64,000 bases of DNA. Source: Heteronotia binoei (lineage: Eukaryota). This document shows, in pieces, positions 58,612 to 64,000 of this stretch. Positions within the stretch are counted from its first letter, which is position 1, and every line of letters begins with the position of its first letter. The stretch covers positions 32,054,001-32,118,000 of the forward strand of contig NC_083238.1 of the NCBI RefSeq assembly GCF_032191835.1. Direction: 5' to 3'. The notes under the pieces are model-generated. The model saw only the letters and a program-made list of their open reading frames with translations, did not search any database and was not told the origin of the DNA. Both the position numbers and the translations under genes were made by a program.

Positions 58612-58884
58612 GAAGAGATTGGATTTATACCCCGTCCTTTACTACCCAAAGGAGTCCCAGAGCAGCTTACAATCTCCTTTTCCCTTCCCTTCCCCACAGC
58701 AGACACCCTGTGAGGCAGATGGGGCTGAGAGAGCTCTCCAAGAACTGCTCTTGAGCAGAACAGCTCTGAGAGAGTTACAACTGACCCAGGGTCACTCCAG
58801 CAGTTGCATGTGGAGGAGTAGGGAATCAAACCCAATCCTCCCAGATAAGAGTCCATAAACTTAACCACTACACCAAACTGGCTG
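58612..58884 (-). mobile_element. Squam3-like SINE (partial copy also at 1-41)
   Basis: ggatttataccccg...cttaaccactacaccaaactggct. Confidence 0.7.
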
Positions 58885-59820
58885 TACACCCAAAGCACCC
58901 ATGTTGCAAACAGAAAGCCTGGGTTTGGAACCCACCAAGGTGGAATGTTTTCAAGAAGGCAAAGCAATATGCCTGTTGGAAGGAAGGGGTAGGACTAGAA
59001 TCCACACCCTGGACACACTGAAGTAGTCTTCAGTAGCCAGGATAAAGGTAGAGCTGTGTCTACCATCTGCGTGCCCTAATATGTGCTGTGGGTCTAAGAT
59101 TTATATAATGGTTAGGGGAGCTCTGAGTAGGTGCAGGCAGAGTTGGTACTCTGAGCTATACTGTGACTTGGGGCATATGGAGGCTGGTGGGGCAGCTGTA
59201 TCTTCATTTTCCATGACTTCTATGGAAATTTCCCCAGTTACGTCAGATTCCTATTGTAATGGTAAACCAGTTGCCAGGAAGAAAACCAGGCTGGAGAGGC
59301 TTAAAGGACTGACTAAGCCCCATTCTTCCCCCGATGCCTCACAAATTTTTTGCAGGCACCAAATTATGTTTGGTCTAGCACCAAGGTGGTGGCAATATGT
59401 ACCTTCAATTATGCTAGTGTATCTTGGTATTATACTGGTATAGCGCTGATATCCTAAGCAGTTCAGAGACAGCCAGTGTACATTGAGTAGGATTCTGGTG
59501 GACTTGCTTATGGTTGTTCTCAGCATTTAAGATTGCTCCTTAAAATAACATTTACTAAAAAGGATTATATATCGAAGAATCAGGGGCCCATACACAACGT
59601 TACTGCTATCTCTTACAATATGAGAAGAAACTATAACTATATAGACAAAACGTGAGCTTAGTCTGGTGGGCAGAGAGCTGTTTTGAAAAACATTGTGCAC
59701 ATATTACTTTCTAAAGAGATTTTTGGAACCGTAAAGTCCATAGCAGCAAAGAATTTTTATGATAAAAGTTCCCTCCTATTTCTTTCTTCATCTTGTTGTG
59801 ACTTGCCAGCAAGTAATATA

Positions 59821-59993
59821 CCGTATTTTTCGCTCCGTAAGACGCACCTGAGCACCTAGTTTTTAGAGCCGTTTGTGTGAATTTAGAGGCATTTGTGTGA
59901 ATTTTTTGCAGTATTCGCTCCTTAAGACGCACACACTTTTCCCTCCACTTTTTTGGGGGGGGAAAAGTGAGTCTTATGGTGCAAAAAATACTG
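59821..59993. mobile_element. Tc1/mariner (Tc2-like) MITE
   Basis: TIR ccgtatttttcgctccgtaagac / gtcttatggtgcaaaaaatactg; TA on both flanks. Confidence 0.75.
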
Positions 59994-60745
59994 TAGATGA
60001 AATAAATGCATCACAGAAAAAGGAAAACATAGGAAAAATCAACAATGAATAAGAAGTGCATTGTTAAATTCAGAGAGCAGAAGTGGTTTATATATCAGAT
60101 TCCTTGTGCCCACAGTAAGTAGCTGTGTAGTGTATTTACTGTAAACTTTTGAACTGTAAATTTAGCTTTATGATGTTATAGAAAAAATGCTGTTCAAATC
60201 TGTACTTTGCCATAATACTTAGTGTGGTTTTTTTGTTTAAAAAGTGCCAATACTCATATGTAAGGTTACACTGATTTCTACCAGTTCCCCTCTCCCTCTG
60301 CAGAGCTCCACCAGGCTGTTTCTGAAGGTTCACACTCTCTTTCTCTTGGCTGAGTGGGATAGGCTGGCACACAAGGATCAGGGCTTGAGAGAGATCCACA
60401 AAAGGTGCCCGTAGTCATTACCAGTGAGAACTGTCACAAAAAAGCCCTGATATTACCTAGCATTGTGACTATGAATGTGTTTTTAAACTTTACATAAGAA
60501 CAAGGGCTTGAGAGAAAGATTTAAGGGCACTTGTAGAACTTTCCATTTTCCATCTGCTATACTTTCACAATATCAGCTTGCTTCTGTACTTCAACCCTAT
60601 GTGCTGACATCAGCACTTCAGTTCTGTGCCATTATTGCATAAGATTATGTACATAGTCTCAGGCTAATCCCTACAGCGTACCAAATTAGCTGTTTAAATG
60701 TTTTCTACCCACCTGATGGCACTGCTTACTATCTATCCATCTAGC

Positions 60746-60853
60746 TAGGGCTTTTTAAAAGCAGGAACGCAGTTCTGGTTGGCTTGGCATCAGGGAGTGT
60801 GGCCTAATATGCAAATGAGTTCCTGCTGGACTTTTTCTACACAAAAAGCCCTG
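60746..60853. mobile_element. Short hAT-type MITE (related ~58-195, 37023-37130)
   Basis: TIR tagggcttttt / aaaaagccctg; TSD catctagc/cacctagc. Confidence 0.75.
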
Positions 60854-61681
60854 CACCTAGCTATCCATAATATTTTAATGCTGCCTTTCCCAAGAATCAA
60901 GATGGCTGATAAATGAACATATTGCAACAAGATTGAAAAAAATATGTGTTAAAATAGCATAACATATCATTATTTAGTCTTTAGAAAAATTTATGTGCCA
61001 CCTCTCCAAATACAATAGAATAACTAAAAAAATAGAATCATAAAAACAAAAAAAGTCAACATAGCAAAAGACAAATCAACCACTATATGAATTCTGAAGC
61101 ATATAGGATGAATGGAGAGGTCACATAGAATTGAAGAAGAGGAGAATCAAAGAAGAGGAAAATACCGAAAGTATAATAGTATGAGAAAACTGAGCTCCAG
61201 GGCTAGATGGTCACCTAGCCCTAAATCTGAGCAGAGTAGCCCTGTAGCAAAATTACCCTGTAGAGCTGATGTGCTTAAGAAGAAAAGTCTATCTGGGCTC
61301 CGAACACTAGGTGAAGAGGAGTGTGTTTTCTCCTTCCTTCCTCCATGTTCTATGGCAGAATTAGGACATGGGATTCATGCTGTACAAGCATCATCTTAGC
61401 CCTAAGGCCACCTCTCCAATCCATGATACTACAAATTGTTAGAAACTCTGCCACCTTTGTGGTTTAATAGGCAGGAGCAGAATTAGGATTGCTTGCTTCC
61501 CTCCCTTGTATTCCTGTGCAGCATAAAGTACCATGGACATTGATGTCACTACATAAATAGGAAGCAGAGTTTTTCCTTCTGTGCTAATTAATTTCCCCAA
61601 ATTTGTTTAGCTGCAAAGTAGTAAGAACCTTTAAATTTATGCGATTGTAGAGCAGGATTAGAAGAGCCCCATGGTGCAAGT

Positions 61682-62300
61682 TTCAAGTTTATTTCAATTT
61701 ATATCCCGCCCTTCCCACTGAAGTGGCTCAGGGTGGCTCACAGCATATAAAATCTAACATAAAATTATTGAATTTAAAACATCTTACACAGTTAAAACAC
61801 TAAAATAAAACATATAACAGCGGTCTATTAAAACTACACTCAGTTTCCAATGCCAGTTAGTTATATGCCAGCCGGAAGAGGGCTGTCTTACAGGCCCTGC
61901 GGAACTGGCCAAGGTCCTGCAGGGCCCTCACCTCTTCCGGCAGCTGGTTCCACCAGAAAGGGGCCATTACAGAGAAAGCCCTGACCCTGGTAGATTTCAG
62001 GCAGGCTTCCTTTGGCCCGGGGATAACGAGCAGATTTTGAGATCCCGATCTCAGTACTCTCTGGAGAACATGTGGGGAGAGACGGTCCCTAAGGTAGGCA
62101 GGTCCTAGGACATATAGAGCTTTAAAGGTAATAACCAGCACCTTGTACCGAACTCGGTATATTATTGGCAGCCAGTGCAGAATCCGGAGCCCCAGCCGAA
62201 TGTGCTCCCATCTTGGGAGCCCCAATAACAACCGGGCAGCGGCATTCTGCATTAACTGCAACTTCCGGGTTTGGCACAAGGGCAGCCCCATGAAGAAGGG
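61682..62300 (-). mobile_element. L2 LINE 3' end
   Basis: KLQLMQNAAARLL...LHWLPI...YKVLVITFKAL...GPAYLRDRL...RAFSVMAPFWWNQLP...FRRACKTALF. Confidence 0.88.
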
Positions 62301-62379
62301 TAAAGCTGCAGTACTGCAGTCCTAAGCTCTGCTCACGACCTGAGTTTGATCCCAGCGGAAGCTGGGTTCAGGTAGCTGG

Positions 62380-62640
62380 TTGGTACAGAATGCTACAGCC
62401 AGAATGTTGACTGGAATGGGATGTAGGGACTATAGTCCAGTCTTATTCTATCTACACTGGCTTTCAATTTGTTTCTGGCCTCAATTGAAGGCACTGGTCT
62501 TGATCTTTAAAGCCTTAGGACCAACATGCCTTAAGGACCACCTTGTCCCATACATTCTGTTCATGTTCAGAGACCCTGCATTAGTTGCCCCTGCCATTTG
62601 AAATGAAATGGATGGCAACCTGAGATAGAGGTTTCTGGGT
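62380..62640 (+). mobile_element. Degenerate L2 LINE fragment
   Basis: VQNATARMLTG...LHWLSI...KALGPTCLKDHL. Confidence 0.75.
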
Positions 62641-63551
62641 CACAATACCAAAACTTTGGAACCTTGGGTACCTGTACATTTTTTTAAGTGGGGGTGGCAC
62701 AATTTTTTTTCTGATTCTCCCCTCCTGCTGCAGTTCACTGAGCCCATCTCCCAGTTTTGTTTTTTGGTTTCAGCAGACCCTCAGAAACCACATAGTGGGG
62801 ATCTGCGAAGAATTAAAAAAAATCATCCCCACATGCACCTTAACAAAATTTTCTTACTGTGAATGGATTCAAGCCAATGTTTCTGAACTTTAGGCAGGTT
62901 GAACAGGAGATGGGTCAGGATCCCTGCAGGTTGAACGCCTCATGGCAAGTCACTTAGAAAGGATAAACAATTGCTCAGCACTGCCGTCTGAGATCTCCAG
63001 CCCAACAATGAGAGGAATTACTCAAAAGTAGTAGCAGAAATGCCCCCCCCCCAGTAAACACTGTACAATTATACTTCTCAACAAAAAACATCAGAATCTT
63101 AGACTATGCCCAGACTGAAAGTCACACTGGCAGAGGTCCAGGCAGATAATGTTATCCTAGCTTGAGGTTGGTCAGCAACCGTTTGTACAACAGCCTTCTC
63201 CACGTAGGGCAGCAGCTGGCTGGGAAATCTACATCCAGTGGTTCAGCAGATTTGAGGCCATCTGGCACTCTGCCCTTCCTGAATAAAGTCTTTAACAACA
63301 CTGTCAGCTTTTTCTGATTGGTTGTCACTGGTCAGAATGAAAATGAGCTGATCACAGTGCCAAGCACACCATCTGCATTGGCAGTTAGAAACCTACCCAA
63401 ACCCATCCAAATAAAAGGTATGACAAAACCTTTGGAGTCTTCCTATTTAAGTTGGCAGCCCTCATTAGACTATATCAGAATAAACTTTGCAGCCTCAAAT
63501 TAATTCCCAGAATGCTCAATACAAGAAGTTGTAAGAGAACTATCCCAAGTA

Positions 63552-63652
63552 GGTGAACAAAGCAGGAGTCAAGTTGCAGCTTTAAGACTAACAAAGTTTT
63601 ATTCAGAACGTAAGCTTTCATGTGCTAAAAGCACACTTCTTCAGACAAGGGA
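63552..63652 (-). mobile_element. Penelope terminal fragment with hammerhead-like core
   Basis: Minus strand: ttgt-CTGAAGA-A-GTGTGC-tttta-GCACAT-GAAAGCTT-acg...aaaactttgttagtcttaaag. Confidence 0.65.
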
Positions 63653-64000
63653 ATAAGGGTGAGATCAGCAGCAGACACACTGTAAAGATAGCAGTGCTCA
63701 AGAGAAGATCTGCGAACTAGGAAGGGAGGGTATATACAAACAAAACAAAAGTCATTTAAAACGGACAGGAAGATATTTCAAAGTTACTCTCTAACTGCAT
63801 AACAGATTATGGTAATTAAAATACATAATGGGTTATATAATTGCGCTAGGCAGAATGGAGCAGTTCTCCATGCTGTCTGCACACTAACAAGAGAATTTAC
63901 ATGTATAATTAATTATTATAAGTAGAAAGTGTTAATGTGAAAAGTAGAAGCAGTCCTTTGGAGTGAGCATTTTAATTTATATAGCAGTCCAGTTAATATT

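Noticed and set aside
59000-59530. ORFs 59081-59443 and 59251-59526
   Set aside because: No motif recognised; possibly an old TE fragment but I cannot assign it.
57110-64000. Possible divergent gene sharing the CpG island
   Set aside because: No recognisable exon or protein motif; the region is mostly repeats. A non-coding transcript cannot be excluded.

Overview
Vertebrate genomic DNA, most likely a squamate and probably a gecko (inferred from Sauria-, Squam- and 5S-type SINEs, BovB, CR1, L2 and Penelope repeats). The window is dominated by one minus-strand multi-exon gene for a neurabin (PPP1R9A/neurabin-1-like) protein: CpG-island promoter and non-coding first exon near 56.6-57.1 kb, then 17 coding exons from 54784 down to 407 that splice in frame (3915 nt, 1305 codons: actin-binding N-terminus, PP1-binding KVKF motif, PDZ, coiled coil, SAM). 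The last exon lies beyond the left edge. The sequence looks like a third neurabin paralogue rather than PPP1R9A or PPP1R9B proper. Introns carry a full-length but decayed DIRS1-type tyrosine-recombinase retrotransposon (27102-32830) nested in a CR1, an older DIRS relic (~3.8-5.7 kb), a rearranged Penelope GIY-YIG fragment with inverted duplications, several Penelope terminal fragments with hammerhead-ribozyme-like cores, and many SINEs and MITEs. Notable oddities are a non-triplet 29-bp tandem duplication inside an in-frame exon, a candidate 20-nt 5'UTR microexon, and sense-oriented splice donors at the 3' ends of both DIRS elements. All calls were made by eye; repeat-family names come from memory of consensus sequences and repeat boundaries are approximate unless a target-site duplication (TSD) is given.
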